Assembly (NCBI GenBank): GCA_963823495.1
Contig: CAWGLV010000001.1
Span: forward strand, 1,604,636-1,668,635
DNA: 64,000 bases
Reading direction: 5' to 3'
DNA from: an uncultured Microthrixaceae bacterium
Lineage (GTDB): Bacteria; Actinomycetota; Acidimicrobiia; Acidimicrobiales; DATDAH01
Made by a program: the position numbers and the translations under genes. The first letter of the stretch is position 1; every line of letters starts with the position of its first letter. The notes under the pieces were generated by a model. The model made no database searches and was not told the origin of the DNA. It saw only the letters and a list, made by a program, of their open reading frames with translations. This document shows, piece after piece, positions 27,380 to 37,603 of this stretch.

Positions 27380-28797
27380 GCGCCCGGGGGATCGCCGCCG
27401 CGGTCCGCGCCGGCGAGCGCTCGGCGCGAGACGTGCTCGAGGAGCACCTGACCGTGATCGACGACCGGGAGGGGGAGCTGCACGCCTTCAACCTGGTGCT
27501 GGTCGACGAGGCCCGGGGCGCGGCCGATGCCCTCGACGCCCGGGTGGCGGCGGGCGAGGACCCCGGTGCCCTGGCCGGGGTGCCCGTCGTCCTGAAGGAC
27601 AACCTCTGCACGCGGGGGATCGCCACCACCTGCTCGTCGAAGATCCTCCAGGGCTGGCAGCCCCCCTACGACGCCACCGTGGTCGAGCGGCTGGCCTCGG
27701 CCGGCGCGATCCTCGTGGGCAAGACCAACCTGGACGAGTTCGCCATGGGCTCCTCGACGGAGAACTCGGCCTTCGGCCCCAGCCGGAACCCCCACGACCC
27801 GACCAGGGTGCCCGGCGGATCGTCCGGCGGCAGCACGGTGGCGGTCGCCGCAGGCATGGCCTCGATCGGTCTCGGCTCCGACACCGGGGGTTCGATCCGC
27901 CAGCCCGCCGCCCTCTGTGGTGTCGTCGGCATGAAGCCGACCTACGGCCGGGTCTCCCGCTACGGCCTCGTTGCCTTCGCCTCCTCGTTGGACCAGATCG
28001 GCCCGATCGCCACGACGGTGGCCGACGCCGCCACCGTCTTCGAGGTGATCGGCGGTCACGACCCGAAGGACTCCACCTCCATCCCGGAAGGCCCACCGGT
28101 CGTCACTCCCCAACTGGCCGGAGGCGTCGACGGACTCCGGGTGGGGCTGGTGACCGAACTGATGGGGGCCGAGGGCATGGCGCCCGACGTCCTGGCTCGG
28201 ACCAGGGAGGCAGCCGCTGCCCTCGAGGCGGCCGGGGCCACGGTGGGCGAGGTGTCGGTCCCCGCCGCGGTCTACGGCATCACCGCCTACTACCTCGTCG
28301 CCCCGGCCGAGGCCTCCAGCAACCTGGCCCGTTACGACGGCGTGCGCTACGGCCTTCGCGTCGATGCCCCGAACACGGCGGACATGAACGAGGCCAGCCG
28401 GACGGCGGGGTTCGGCGACGAGGTGAAGCGACGGATCATGCTCGGCACCTACGCCCTCTCGGCGGGCTACTACGACGCCTACTACGGCAAGGCCCAGAAG
28501 GTGCGCACGCTGCTGATCCGGGACTTCGAGCGGGCCTATGAGGACTTCGACCTCCTCTTGTCACCGACGACGCCCACCACGGCCTTCCCCCTGGGCGAGA
28601 AGACGGCCGATCCCCTGACCATGTACCTCAACGACGTGTGCACCATCCCGTCCAACCTGGCCGGGCACCCGTCGATGTCGGTGCCCTTCGGGGTGGGCGA
28701 CGACGGCCTGCCGGTGGGCGTGCAGGTCCTCGCCCCGTCCCTGGGGGAGACCACCATGTTCCGGGCCGCCGCCGTCCTGGAAGGAGCCGCGCCATGA
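27376..28797 (+). CDS. gatA: Glutamyl-tRNA(Gln) amidotransferase subunit A
   Basis: Amidase signature GGSSGGS...GSDTGGSIRQPA. 473 aa. Confidence 0.95.
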   Translation: MSARGIAAAVRAGERSARDVLEEHLTVIDDREGELHAFNLVLVDEARGAADALDARVAAGEDPGALAGVPVVLKDNLCTRGIATTCSSKILQGWQPPYDATVVERLASAGAILVGKTNLDEFAMGSSTENSAFGPSRNPHDPTRVPGGSSGGSTVAVAAGMASIGLGSDTGGSIRQPAALCGVVGMKPTYGRVSRYGLVAFASSLDQIGPIATTVADAATVFEVIGGHDPKDSTSIPEGPPVVTPQLAGGVDGLRVGLVTELMGAEGMAPDVLARTREAAAALEAAGATVGEVSVPAAVYGITAYYLVAPAEASSNLARYDGVRYGLRVDAPNTADMNEASRTAGFGDEVKRRIMLGTYALSAGYYDAYYGKAQKVRTLLIRDFERAYEDFDLLLSPTTPTTAFPLGEKTADPLTMYLNDVCTIPSNLAGHPSMSVPFGVGDDGLPVGVQVLAPSLGETTMFRAAAVLEGAAP

Positions 28798-30233
28798 CCG
28801 AGTCGTCCACCGGGATCGAGGGGTGGGAGACGGTCGTGGGCCTCGAGGTCCATGTCGAGTTGGCCACCGACACCAAGCTGTTCTGCGGGTGTCCCAACGC
28901 CTTCGGCTCCGAGCCCAACACCAATGTCTGCCCGGTCTGCCTCGGGCTCCCCGGCTCCCTGCCGGTGCTCAACCGCACCGCCGTCGAGTACGCCATGCGT
29001 CTCGGGCGGGCGCTGGGCTGTCGGGTCGAGCCGTCGAGCTTCGCCCGGAAGAACTACTTCTACCCGGACATGCCCAAGGACTATCAGGTCAGCCAGTACG
29101 ACCGCCCGATCAACGTCGACGGCGTGCTCGAGTTGCCCGACGGCTTCCGCGTGGGCATCGAGCGGGCCCACATCGAAGAGGACACCGGCAAGTCCACTCA
29201 CGTCGGCGGCGGCGGTCGCATCCACGACGCCGCCCACTCGCTGGTGGACTACAACCGGGCGGGCGTCCCGCTGGTCGAGATCGTGAGTCGGCCCGACGTG
29301 CGCACCGCGGAGCAGGCCCGGGCCTATGCCAACGAGCTGCGGGGGATCCTGCTGGCCACCGGCGTGTCCGATGCCCGCATGGAGGAGGGCTCCATGCGGG
29401 TCGATGCCAACGTGTCGGTCCGCCGCGTCGGTGACGGGACGCTCGGTACCCGGGCCGAGGTCAAGAACCTCAACTCCATCCGTTCCCTCGGCCGGGCCAT
29501 CGACTACGAGGCCCGCCGCCAGGTGGACCTCCTCGAGTCGGGGGACCGGGTCGTGCAGGAGACGCGCCACTGGAACGAGGAGGACGGACGCACCCACACC
29601 CTGCGCTCCAAGGAGGAGGCCTACGACTACCGGTACTTCCCCGAGCCCGACCTGGTGCCGCTGGCCCCCGACGCCGGATGGGTGACCCGGATCGATGCCG
29701 AGTTGCCGGCCCTGCCCGCCGCCCGCCGCGCCGCCTTGGCCGAGGCCGCGGGAGTGGGCACCGCCGATGTCGCCACCATCGTGGACCGGGGCCACGACGA
29801 CCTCGCCGCGGCTGCCATCGCGGCCGGGGCCGAGGCCCGCACGGTCCTCAACCGGGTGGGCAACGACCTCTCCGGGGACCTCGGGGCGCTGGATGCCGCG
29901 GGACTGGCCGCCCTGGTGGCGATGGAGACCGGCGGCGAGCTGACCGCCACCCAGGCCAAGCAGATCCTGGCCGAGCAGGTGGCCAGCGGTCGCCCACCGG
30001 CCGACATCGCCGCCGACCTGGGTTTCGAGGCCATGGACACCGGCGCCCTCGAGGCCGTGGTCGACGAGGTCATCGCCGAGCACGCCGACGATTGGGCCCA
30101 GTTCGTCGAGGGCGACGACAAGGCCCGGGGCAAGCTCACCGGCTTCTTCGTGGGCCTGGTGATGAAGACCACGAAGGGCCAGGCCGACGGCAAGGCCGTC
30201 ACCGCCCTCCTGCGCCGGCGGGCCGGGTCGTGA
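28794..30233 (+). CDS. gatB: Asp-tRNA(Asn)/Glu-tRNA(Gln) amidotransferase subunit B
   Basis: WETVVGLEVHVELATDTKLFCGC...NVCPVCLGLPG. ATGA overlap with gatA. ORF-track 28638 start rejected. Confidence 0.95.
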   Translation: MTESSTGIEGWETVVGLEVHVELATDTKLFCGCPNAFGSEPNTNVCPVCLGLPGSLPVLNRTAVEYAMRLGRALGCRVEPSSFARKNYFYPDMPKDYQVSQYDRPINVDGVLELPDGFRVGIERAHIEEDTGKSTHVGGGGRIHDAAHSLVDYNRAGVPLVEIVSRPDVRTAEQARAYANELRGILLATGVSDARMEEGSMRVDANVSVRRVGDGTLGTRAEVKNLNSIRSLGRAIDYEARRQVDLLESGDRVVQETRHWNEEDGRTHTLRSKEEAYDYRYFPEPDLVPLAPDAGWVTRIDAELPALPAARRAALAEAAGVGTADVATIVDRGHDDLAAAAIAAGAEARTVLNRVGNDLSGDLGALDAAGLAALVAMETGGELTATQAKQILAEQVASGRPPADIAADLGFEAMDTGALEAVVDEVIAEHADDWAQFVEGDDKARGKLTGFFVGLVMKTTKGQADGKAVTALLRRRAGS

Positions 30234-30296
30234 GCGAGCGGGACGCGGCGGGGCCGAGCGGCCCGGCGGCGTAGCCGCCAGGAGCGGAGGCCCAGC

Positions 30297-31514
30297 ATGG
30301 CGGTCCAGCCGCCCCCCGACCGGTTCCGGGAGGTCCTCGACGCCTGTGCGCTCGGCTTCGGGGCCCCCCGATGGAGTGACGACGGCGTCGAGCGGGAGCG
30401 GTCGCTCTGGGAGCTCGACCGCACGTGGGTGGCCGAGGACGGCGACCACTACGTCGCCACGACGACCGCGTACAGCTTCGAGATGACCGTGCCCGGCGGG
30501 GCCCGTGTCCCCGTCGCGGGTGTGGCCCAGGTCGCCGTGCTGCCGACCCACCGGCGGCGGGGGCTCCTGCGGGAGGTCCTGGGCGCGGTGCTGGCCCAGG
30601 CCGCCGAGCGCGGTGACCACTACGCCATCCTCAATGCCTCCGACACCGGGATCTACGGTCGTTTCGGGTTTGGCCAGGCCGACCGGGTGCTGCGGATCGA
30701 GCTGGACACCGACCACGTCGAGATCACGGGCCCCCCGGGCGCCGGACGGGTCCGGCTGGTCGACGCCCACCGTGCCCATGGGCTGCTGGCCGGCCTGTAC
30801 GACCGAATCGGTCGCGGGCGACCGGGGGCGGTCGGCCGGTCGGCGGTCTGGTGGACCTACGTCCTCGACGACGAAGCCTCGTGGAAGGGGGTCGGCGATC
30901 CCTTCGTCGCCGTTCACGAGGACGAGGCCGGTGAGCCGGACGGCTACGCCATCTACCGCAGCACCGAGAAGTGGGACCGGGGCCACGCCGTGGGGACCGT
31001 CGAGGTGCGGGAGCTGGAGGCCGCCTCGCCCGAGGTCGAGGTCGCGCTCTGGCGGTTCCTCTGCGACATCGACCTGCGCACGCGGGTCGTGGCCTACCCC
31101 CGGCCCTCCGACGACCCGCTCCGGTGGCGTCTCACCCGACCCCGCCGGGCCTGGGTGACCGAGACCCTCGACCTGCTCTGGGTCCGACCCCTCGACGTGG
31201 CCGCCTGCCTGGCCGGCCGGCGGTATGCCGTCGAGGACGAGCTGGTGCTCGCCATCGGCGACGAGCTCCGCCCGGACCAGGCGGGGACCTACCGGGTGAC
31301 GGGCGGTCCGGCGTCGGTGTCGTCGGTGCGGGTGGATGGTGTCCCCGACCTGTCGATGGACGCGGCCGCGCTCGGCTCGATCATCCTCGGCGGCATCGAC
31401 GCCGGTGAGCTCCTCGCGGCCGGCCGGATCACCGAGCACACGCCCGGTGCGGGCGACCGCGCCGAACGGTTCTTCCGTTGGCGACCCGCCGCCTTCTGCA
31501 GCACCACCTTCTGA
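30297..31514 (+). CDS. GNAT acetyltransferase, Eis-like (UPF0256) with C-terminal SCP2-like domain
   Basis: VAVLPTHRRRGLLREVL (GNAT motif A). The three-domain 405-aa architecture is typical of the Eis family. Confidence 0.75.
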   Translation: MAVQPPPDRFREVLDACALGFGAPRWSDDGVERERSLWELDRTWVAEDGDHYVATTTAYSFEMTVPGGARVPVAGVAQVAVLPTHRRRGLLREVLGAVLAQAAERGDHYAILNASDTGIYGRFGFGQADRVLRIELDTDHVEITGPPGAGRVRLVDAHRAHGLLAGLYDRIGRGRPGAVGRSAVWWTYVLDDEASWKGVGDPFVAVHEDEAGEPDGYAIYRSTEKWDRGHAVGTVEVRELEAASPEVEVALWRFLCDIDLRTRVVAYPRPSDDPLRWRLTRPRRAWVTETLDLLWVRPLDVAACLAGRRYAVEDELVLAIGDELRPDQAGTYRVTGGPASVSSVRVDGVPDLSMDAAALGSIILGGIDAGELLAAGRITEHTPGAGDRAERFFRWRPAAFCSTTF

Positions 31515-31563
31515 CCTTCCCAGAACGGGACCTTTCGCCCTTCGGGGCCGTCGTGGGCGGTTG

Positions 31564-31569
31564 TAGCGT
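31564..31569 (+). promoter_or_regulatory. -10-like hexamer TAGCGT, leaderless geometry
   Basis: 7 nt upstream of ATG 31577. Confidence 0.45.
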
Positions 31570-31576
31570 CCGGGTC

Positions 31577-34500
31577 ATGGGGACCACGCTCTGTCTGGAC
31601 GGCAACGACGCGGTCGCGCGGGTGGCCCACGCCCTCGCCGAGGTCATCGCCATCTACCCGATCACCCCGGCGTCGCCGATGGGGGAGGCGGCGGACACCT
31701 GGAGCGCGGCAGGGCGCACCAACGTGTGGGGCGGGGTCCCCGAGGTCGTGGAGATGCAGTCCGAGGCGGGGGCGGCCGGCACCCTGCACGGCGCCAGCCT
31801 CAAGGGCGCGCTGGCCACGACCTTCACCGCGTCTCAGGGCCTGCTGCTGATGCTGCCCAACCTGTTCAAGCTGGCGGGCGAGCTGTCCCCGGCGGTGGTG
31901 CACGTCGCGGCCCGGTCGGTGGCCACCCACGCCCTGTCGATCTTCGGTGATCACAGCGACGTCATGGCCGCCCGCACCACGGGCATGGCCATGCTCGCCT
32001 CGTCCTCGGTGCAGGAGGCCCACGACTTCGCCGCGGTGGCCCACGCCGCCGCCCTGGCCTCGCGGGTCCCGTTCCTTCACTTCTTCGACGGGTTCCGCAC
32101 CTCCCACGAGATGAACCGCATCGACGTGCTGGACGACGAGGACCTCCTGGGCCTGGTCGACGAGGACGACATCGCCGCCCACCGCCTCCGCGGGCTGGAC
32201 CCGGACCGTCCCGTGCTGCGGGGCAGCGCCCAGAACCCCGACGTGTTCTTCCAGGCCCGGGAGGCGGCCAACCCGTTCCACGCTGCGGTGCCCGCGGTGG
32301 TCGACGGCATCTTCGCCGACCTCGCCGCCCGTACGGGTCGCCGCTACGGGTTGGTGGAGTACCGGGGGCATCCCGGCGCGGAGCGGGTGCTGGTGATGAT
32401 GGGGTCGGGGGTCGGCGCCGCGGGCGAGGCCGTCGACGTGCTGGCTGCGGCAGGTGAGCCGGTGGGGTTGCTCACCATCCGGTTGTTCCGCCCGTTCCCG
32501 GCCGCGGCTCTGCTCGCCGCCCTGCCGCCGTCGGTCACCCGGATCGCCGTGCTCGACCGCACCAAGGAACCGGGATCGGTGGGCGAGCCGCTCTTCCTCG
32601 ACGTGGTGGCCGCACTGGCCGAGGGTCACGCCACTGGGGCCCGGGCCGAGATGCCCCGGGTGGTGGGGGCCCGCTACGGCCTGGGGTCCAAGGAGTTCAC
32701 CCCGGCCCACGCCAAGGGCCTGCTCGACGAGTTGTCCGCCGACGACCTCCGGTCCCCCGTGACGGTGGGCATCGTCGACGACGTCACCCACACCAGCGTG
32801 GATCCCGATCTGGGCTTCCGCGTCCCCAGCACGACGGTGCAGGCGGTCTTCCACGGGCTGGGCAGCGACGGGACCGTCGGCTCCACGAAGGCGACGGTCA
32901 AGATCCTGGGCGAGCACACCGACCTGCACGCCCAGGGCTACTTCGTCTACGACTCCCGCAAGGCCGGGGCGGTCACCGAGTCCCACCTCCGGTTCGGCCC
33001 CGACCCCATCGCCGCCACCTACCTCATCGACGGTGCCGACTTCGTATCGGTGTCCCAGTTCGCCTTCCTCGAGCGGCGGGACGTGCTGGCCCGGGCCCGG
33101 GCGGGGGCCACGGTCCTGGTGAACAGCCCCCACGCTCCTGACGAGGTGTGGGACCACCTCCCGGTCGAGATCCAGCAGGAGGTGCTGGACAAGGACCTGG
33201 TCCTGCACGTGGTCGACGCCGACCGGGTGGCCCGTGAGGCGGGGATGGGCAACCGCATCAACACCGTCATGCAGCCCTGCTTCTTCGCCCTGTCCGGGGT
33301 CCTGGAGCCCGAGCGGGCCCTCGCCGCCATCCGGGCCCAGATCGAGCGAACCTACGCGAAGGCGGGACCGGCGGTCATCGAGCGCAACCTGGCCGCCGTG
33401 GACGCCGCGCTCGGTGCGTTGGCCCCGGTTCCGACACCCACGACCGTCACCGCGGACGTCGGTCGCCCGCCCGTGGTGCCCGAGGTGGTGCCGGACTTCG
33501 TCGAGCGCATCACGGCCCGTCTGCTCGCGGGCGAGGGCGACCTGCTGCCGGTGAGCGCGCTGCCGGTCGACGGGGCCTTCCCGACGAACACGGCCCGCTG
33601 GGAGAAGCGGTCGCTGGCCGCCGAACTGCCCATCTGGGAGCCGTCGCTGTGCATCGACTGCGGCAAGTGCGCCCTGGTGTGCCCCCATGCCGCCATCCGC
33701 ATGAAGGTGATGCCCCCCGAGGACCTGGCGGAGGCGCCGGAGGGATTCCGCTCCAAGGGGTTCCGGTCCCGGGACCTGCCGGACCACCGGTTGGTCATCC
33801 AGGTGGCCCCCGACGACTGCACCGGTTGCGGGGTCTGTGTGCAGACCTGTCCGGCCCACTCGAAGGAGCAGGTGAAGCACAAGGCGCTGAACATGGCCCC
33901 GGCGGGTGACCATCGGGTGGCCGAGCGGCTGGCGTTCGACTTCTTCGTCGAGGTGCCTGAGCTCCCGGCGACGGCGTTGGCCCCGGCGTCGGTCAAGGGC
34001 TCCCAGGTCCGCCAACCCCTCTTCGAGTTCTCCGGCGCCTGTGCCGGCTGTGGCGAGACGCCCTATGTGAAGCTGATCAGCCAGCTCTTCGGTGACCGGA
34101 TGGTCGTGGCCAACGCCACGGGCTGCTCGTCCATCTACGGCGGCAACCTGCCCACGACCCCGTGGTCCACCGACCCCGAGGGGCGGGGACCGGCCTGGGC
34201 CAACTCGCTGTTCGAGGACAACGCCGAGTTCGGTCTCGGGTTCCGGCTGGCGCTGGACCAGCACGAGGCCGAGGCCCACCGGCTGCTCGAGCGGTTCCGG
34301 CCGGACCTCGGTGACGACCTGGTGGCCAACCTGCTGTCGCCTCCCGGCCGTGACGATGCGGCCGTGGCCGACCGGCGGATCGCCGTGGCCGAGCTGGTCG
34401 AGGCCCTCGAAGGCGTCGACGGTGACGAAGCCGCCCGGCTGCGGGCGGTGGCCGGAGACCTGGTGCCGCGCAGCGTCTGGATCGTCGGCGGTGACGGCTG

Positions 34501-35146
34501 GGCCTACGACATCGGGTTCGGCGGCGTCGACCACGTGCTGGCCAGCGGTCGCAACGTGAACCTGCTGGTGCTCGACACCGAGGTGTACTCCAACACCGGG
34601 GGACAGGCCTCGAAGGCCACGCCCCGGGGCGCAGTGGCCAAGTTCGCGTCGGCGGGCCGCGGCACCGCCAAGAAGGACCTCGGTGACGACGGGCGGGCCT
34701 ACGGCGACGTCTACGTCGCCCAGGTGGCCATGGGGGCCAACGACGTCCAGACGGTGAAGGCCCTGCTCGAGGCCGATGCCTGGCCGGGCCCGGCGCTGGT
34801 CATCGCCTACAGCCCCTGTGTCGCCCACGGCATCGACATGAGCCAGACGATGGTCCACATGCGCGATGCCGTGCACTCGGGGCACTGGCCGTTGTACCGC
34901 TACCGGCCCGGGGGCGACGAGCACGAGCACCCCTTCCAGCTCGACAGCCACGTCCCCGACCGGCCGTTCCGGGACTTCGCCATGACCGAGGGCCGCTTCG
35001 CCATGCTGGCCCGCAGTGACCCGGAGCGAGCCGAGGTGCTCTTCGCCGAGGCCCAGGCTGACATCGACGAGCGCTGGCGGTACTACGAGCAGCTGGCCGG
35101 CGTCGAGCGCACGATGACGGCACCGGCGGAGGAGGAGGGATCGTGA
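31577..35146 (+). CDS. nifJ: Pyruvate:ferredoxin (flavodoxin) oxidoreductase, single-polypeptide type
   Basis: 1189 aa. IAIYPITPASPM, CIDCGKCALVCP and CTGCGVCVQTCP ferredoxin motifs, GGDGWAYDIGFGG TPP motif. Start moved to ATG 31577. Confidence 0.9.
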   Translation: MGTTLCLDGNDAVARVAHALAEVIAIYPITPASPMGEAADTWSAAGRTNVWGGVPEVVEMQSEAGAAGTLHGASLKGALATTFTASQGLLLMLPNLFKLAGELSPAVVHVAARSVATHALSIFGDHSDVMAARTTGMAMLASSSVQEAHDFAAVAHAAALASRVPFLHFFDGFRTSHEMNRIDVLDDEDLLGLVDEDDIAAHRLRGLDPDRPVLRGSAQNPDVFFQAREAANPFHAAVPAVVDGIFADLAARTGRRYGLVEYRGHPGAERVLVMMGSGVGAAGEAVDVLAAAGEPVGLLTIRLFRPFPAAALLAALPPSVTRIAVLDRTKEPGSVGEPLFLDVVAALAEGHATGARAEMPRVVGARYGLGSKEFTPAHAKGLLDELSADDLRSPVTVGIVDDVTHTSVDPDLGFRVPSTTVQAVFHGLGSDGTVGSTKATVKILGEHTDLHAQGYFVYDSRKAGAVTESHLRFGPDPIAATYLIDGADFVSVSQFAFLERRDVLARARAGATVLVNSPHAPDEVWDHLPVEIQQEVLDKDLVLHVVDADRVAREAGMGNRINTVMQPCFFALSGVLEPERALAAIRAQIERTYAKAGPAVIERNLAAVDAALGALAPVPTPTTVTADVGRPPVVPEVVPDFVERITARLLAGEGDLLPVSALPVDGAFPTNTARWEKRSLAAELPIWEPSLCIDCGKCALVCPHAAIRMKVMPPEDLAEAPEGFRSKGFRSRDLPDHRLVIQVAPDDCTGCGVCVQTCPAHSKEQVKHKALNMAPAGDHRVAERLAFDFFVEVPELPATALAPASVKGSQVRQPLFEFSGACAGCGETPYVKLISQLFGDRMVVANATGCSSIYGGNLPTTPWSTDPEGRGPAWANSLFEDNAEFGLGFRLALDQHEAEAHRLLERFRPDLGDDLVANLLSPPGRDDAAVADRRIAVAELVEALEGVDGDEAARLRAVAGDLVPRSVWIVGGDGWAYDIGFGGVDHVLASGRNVNLLVLDTEVYSNTGGQASKATPRGAVAKFASAGRGTAKKDLGDDGRAYGDVYVAQVAMGANDVQTVKALLEADAWPGPALVIAYSPCVAHGIDMSQTMVHMRDAVHSGHWPLYRYRPGGDEHEHPFQLDSHVPDRPFRDFAMTEGRFAMLARSDPERAEVLFAEAQADIDERWRYYEQLAGVERTMTAPAEEEGS

Positions 35147-36150
35147 CCGACCTGACGACGTTCTACCTGGGCCTGCGCCTGCGCTCGCCCATCGTGGCCT
35201 CCTCCAGCCCGGTGACCGGCGACCCCGACGCGTTGTTGGCCCTGGACGACGCCGGGGTGGGCGCGGTGGTGCTCCCCTCGCTGTTCGAGGAACAGGTCGT
35301 GCACGACGCCCTGGAGGTCGACCGGATGCTGGCGTCGGGGGCGGAGGCCTTCGGCGAGGCGTCCGGCTACTTCCCCGAGCTGGACACCTACAACACGGGC
35401 CCCGACCACTACCTGGCCCGGGTCCACCAGGCCAAGCAGGCCCTCGAGGTGCCCGTCATCGCCAGCCTCAACGCCGTCAGCGGTGGGGGCTGGGTGACCT
35501 ACGGCCGGATGCTGGTCGACGCCGGTGCCGACGCCCTGGAGCTCAACGCCAACCTGGTGGCCACCGATCCCGGCGTCACCGGGGCGCAGTTGGAGGATGA
35601 CCTGGTGGCGATGGTGGCCGGCGTCGTGGACGCCGTCCCGGTGCCCGTGGCGGTGAAGCTCGGCCCGTTCTGGTCCTCGCTGCCGCAGTTGGCCGTCCGC
35701 CTCAGCGACGTCGGGGTGGGGGCGCTGGTGCTCTTCAACCGCCCCTTCGCCCCCGACCTCGACCTGGAACGGCTCGAGGTCGTCCCGACGCTCACCCTCA
35801 GCGAGCCCGACGACCTCCATCTGCCGCTGCGGTGGGTGGCCCTGCTGGAGGGCCGGGTGGACGCCGCGCTGGCGATCACCACGGGCGTGCACGACGGTGC
35901 CGGAGTGGCCAAGGCCCTCCTGGCCGGCGCGGATGTGGCCATGATGGCCTCCGCGCTGCTCCGTCACGGTCCGGGTCACGTCGCCACGGTGCTGGCCGAC
36001 CTGCAGGCCTGGATGGCGGCGCAGGAGTACGAGTCGGTCGACCAACTCCGGGGCTCGGTCTCGGCCCGGGGAGTCGCCGACCCGGCTGCGTACGTCCGGT
36101 CCAACTACCTCGCCGCGCTCACCAGCTACGCCTCGACCTTCCCTGCCTGA
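35143..36150 (+). CDS. Dihydroorotate dehydrogenase-like protein (PFOR-associated TIM-barrel flavoprotein family)
   Basis: 335 aa. LRLRSPIVASSSP...GVGAVVLPSLFEEQ resembles class-1 DHOD-like proteins. GTGA overlap with the PFOR stop. Confidence 0.75.
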   Translation: MTDLTTFYLGLRLRSPIVASSSPVTGDPDALLALDDAGVGAVVLPSLFEEQVVHDALEVDRMLASGAEAFGEASGYFPELDTYNTGPDHYLARVHQAKQALEVPVIASLNAVSGGGWVTYGRMLVDAGADALELNANLVATDPGVTGAQLEDDLVAMVAGVVDAVPVPVAVKLGPFWSSLPQLAVRLSDVGVGALVLFNRPFAPDLDLERLEVVPTLTLSEPDDLHLPLRWVALLEGRVDAALAITTGVHDGAGVAKALLAGADVAMMASALLRHGPGHVATVLADLQAWMAAQEYESVDQLRGSVSARGVADPAAYVRSNYLAALTSYASTFPA

Positions 36151-36183
36151 GGGCTGCCGGGACGGTCGTCACCGATGGTGGCC

Positions 36184-36207
36184 GTGGGCCCGGGCAGCCC
36201 GGGCCAC
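36184..36207. terminator. GC-rich hairpin between convergent genes
   Basis: GTG(G)GCCCGGG-CAG-CCCGGGCCAC: about 10 bp with one bulge. No U-tract. Confidence 0.45.
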
Positions 36208-36226
36208 GCCCTCGTCGTGGGTGGGC

Positions 36227-37603
36227 TCACTCGGCGCCCAACCGGACCCAGCGGTCACCGTGGAAGCGGTGGCCGAGGACCACCGCCCGGGCGAGGAAGA
36301 GCACGGCCAGGGCGGCCCAGAGCCAGCCGATGCCGAGGTCCAGCACGAGCACCGCGGTGGCGGCCGGGGCGAAGACGACGAAGGCCAGGATCATGGCCTT
36401 GGCCAGGAAGGCCAGGTCACCGGCGCCGATGAGGATGCCGTCGAGGGCGAAGACGTAGCCGTTGAGCGGCTGCAGGACGGCGACGTAGAGGATGAGGGTT
36501 CCGGTGAGGGCCAGGACCGCGGGGTCGTCGGTGAACACCTCGCCCAGCACGGGGGAGAGCACGCCGAGCACCAGCCCGGCCCCGATGCCGGCGAGGACGG
36601 CCCACTCGATCATCCGCTTCCCGGCGGCCCGGGCGGTGACGCCGTCGCCCGCCCCGAGGAAGCGCCCGGTCAGGGCCTGGCCGGCGATGGCGACGGCGTC
36701 GAGGGCCAGGGCCATCAGGTACATCAACTCGAAGGCGATCTGGTAGGCGGCCAGCTCGGCGGTGCCGATGCGGGCGGCCACGGCGGTGGCCAGGGTGAAG
36801 GACCCCCGCAGCGCGGCGGTCCGCAGGAACAGGCTGACCCCGGCCCGGCCGAGGCCGGCGATCGTACGGGCGTGGGGCCACCACAGGGTCCGGTGCTCCC
36901 GCGTGGCCCGCCGGATCATCACCACGTAGATGGACGCGGCCAGGAGCTCGGCCACCACGGTGGACAGGGCAGAGGCCCCGATCCCGAAGCCGAGCCCGAA
37001 GATCCACCAGACCTCGAGCACCAGGTTGACCAGGGCGGTCCCGATGGCCACGAACAGGGGGGTCCGGGTGTCCTGGAGGCCCCGGAGGTAGCCGGTCCCG
37101 GCCAGGATCACGAAGGTCACCGGGAGGCCGAGCACGCTGATCTGCAGGTACACCCGGGCGTTCTCGGCCACCGCGCCCTCGCCGCCGAGGAGGCTGATCA
37201 GTGGGTCGGCCGTGACCCACAGGATCGCCGAGAGGACCACGCCCAGGCCCACGGCCAGCCACAGGGACTGCACGGCCTGGTGGGCGGCCCGGCCGTGCTC
37301 GCCCGCCCCGATGAGTCGGGCCACCGCCGAGGTCGTCCCGTAGGCCAGGAAGATGAAGACGGCGAAGCCCGTCGCCAGGACGGCGTTGGCGATGGTCATC
37401 CCCGCCAGCTCGTCGGTGCCCAGGTGGCCGACCACGGCGGTGTCGGTCAGCCGGTACAGCGGCTCGGCGATCAGCGCGCCCAGAGCCGGCAGGGCCAGCC
37501 GGTAGATGTCCCGGTCGTACGGACTCCGGCGCAGGGCCCCACCGAGTCGGGCTCTCACGGCCCCAGTGGTCGAGTTCCGGCCGGGGGCGGGGAGATCACC
37601 CAC
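36227..37603 (-). CDS. MATE/MOP-superfamily efflux transporter (DinF-like)
   Basis: 458 aa, 12 TM. IYRLALPALGALIAEPLYRLTDTAVVGHLG is a typical MATE N-terminus. The GTG start overlaps the upstream gene's stop by 8 nt. Confidence 0.8.
   Translation of the reverse strand: MGDLPAPGRNSTTGAVRARLGGALRRSPYDRDIYRLALPALGALIAEPLYRLTDTAVVGHLGTDELAGMTIANAVLATGFAVFIFLAYGTTSAVARLIGAGEHGRAAHQAVQSLWLAVGLGVVLSAILWVTADPLISLLGGEGAVAENARVYLQISVLGLPVTFVILAGTGYLRGLQDTRTPLFVAIGTALVNLVLEVWWIFGLGFGIGASALSTVVAELLAASIYVVMIRRATREHRTLWWPHARTIAGLGRAGVSLFLRTAALRGSFTLATAVAARIGTAELAAYQIAFELMYLMALALDAVAIAGQALTGRFLGAGDGVTARAAGKRMIEWAVLAGIGAGLVLGVLSPVLGEVFTDDPAVLALTGTLILYVAVLQPLNGYVFALDGILIGAGDLAFLAKAMILAFVVFAPAATAVLVLDLGIGWLWAALAVLFLARAVVLGHRFHGDRWVRLGAE

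Noticed and set aside
28536-34951. Very long antisense ORFs (28536..31439 -, 967 aa; 31289..34951 -, 1220 aa) opposite gatB, the Eis-like gene and PFOR
   Set aside because: Arg/Gly/Pro/His-rich low-complexity translations with no recognisable motifs. They lie exactly antisense to genes with strong family signatures. These are the usual stop-codon-poor shadow frames of 70% GC DNA. The same applies to 4793..6220 -, 6692..8074 -, 8127..9317 +, 9807..11633 +, 39752..41875 -, 42341..43672 -, 48422..50290 -, 53405..55657 -, 59460..61589 + and 62074..63666 -.
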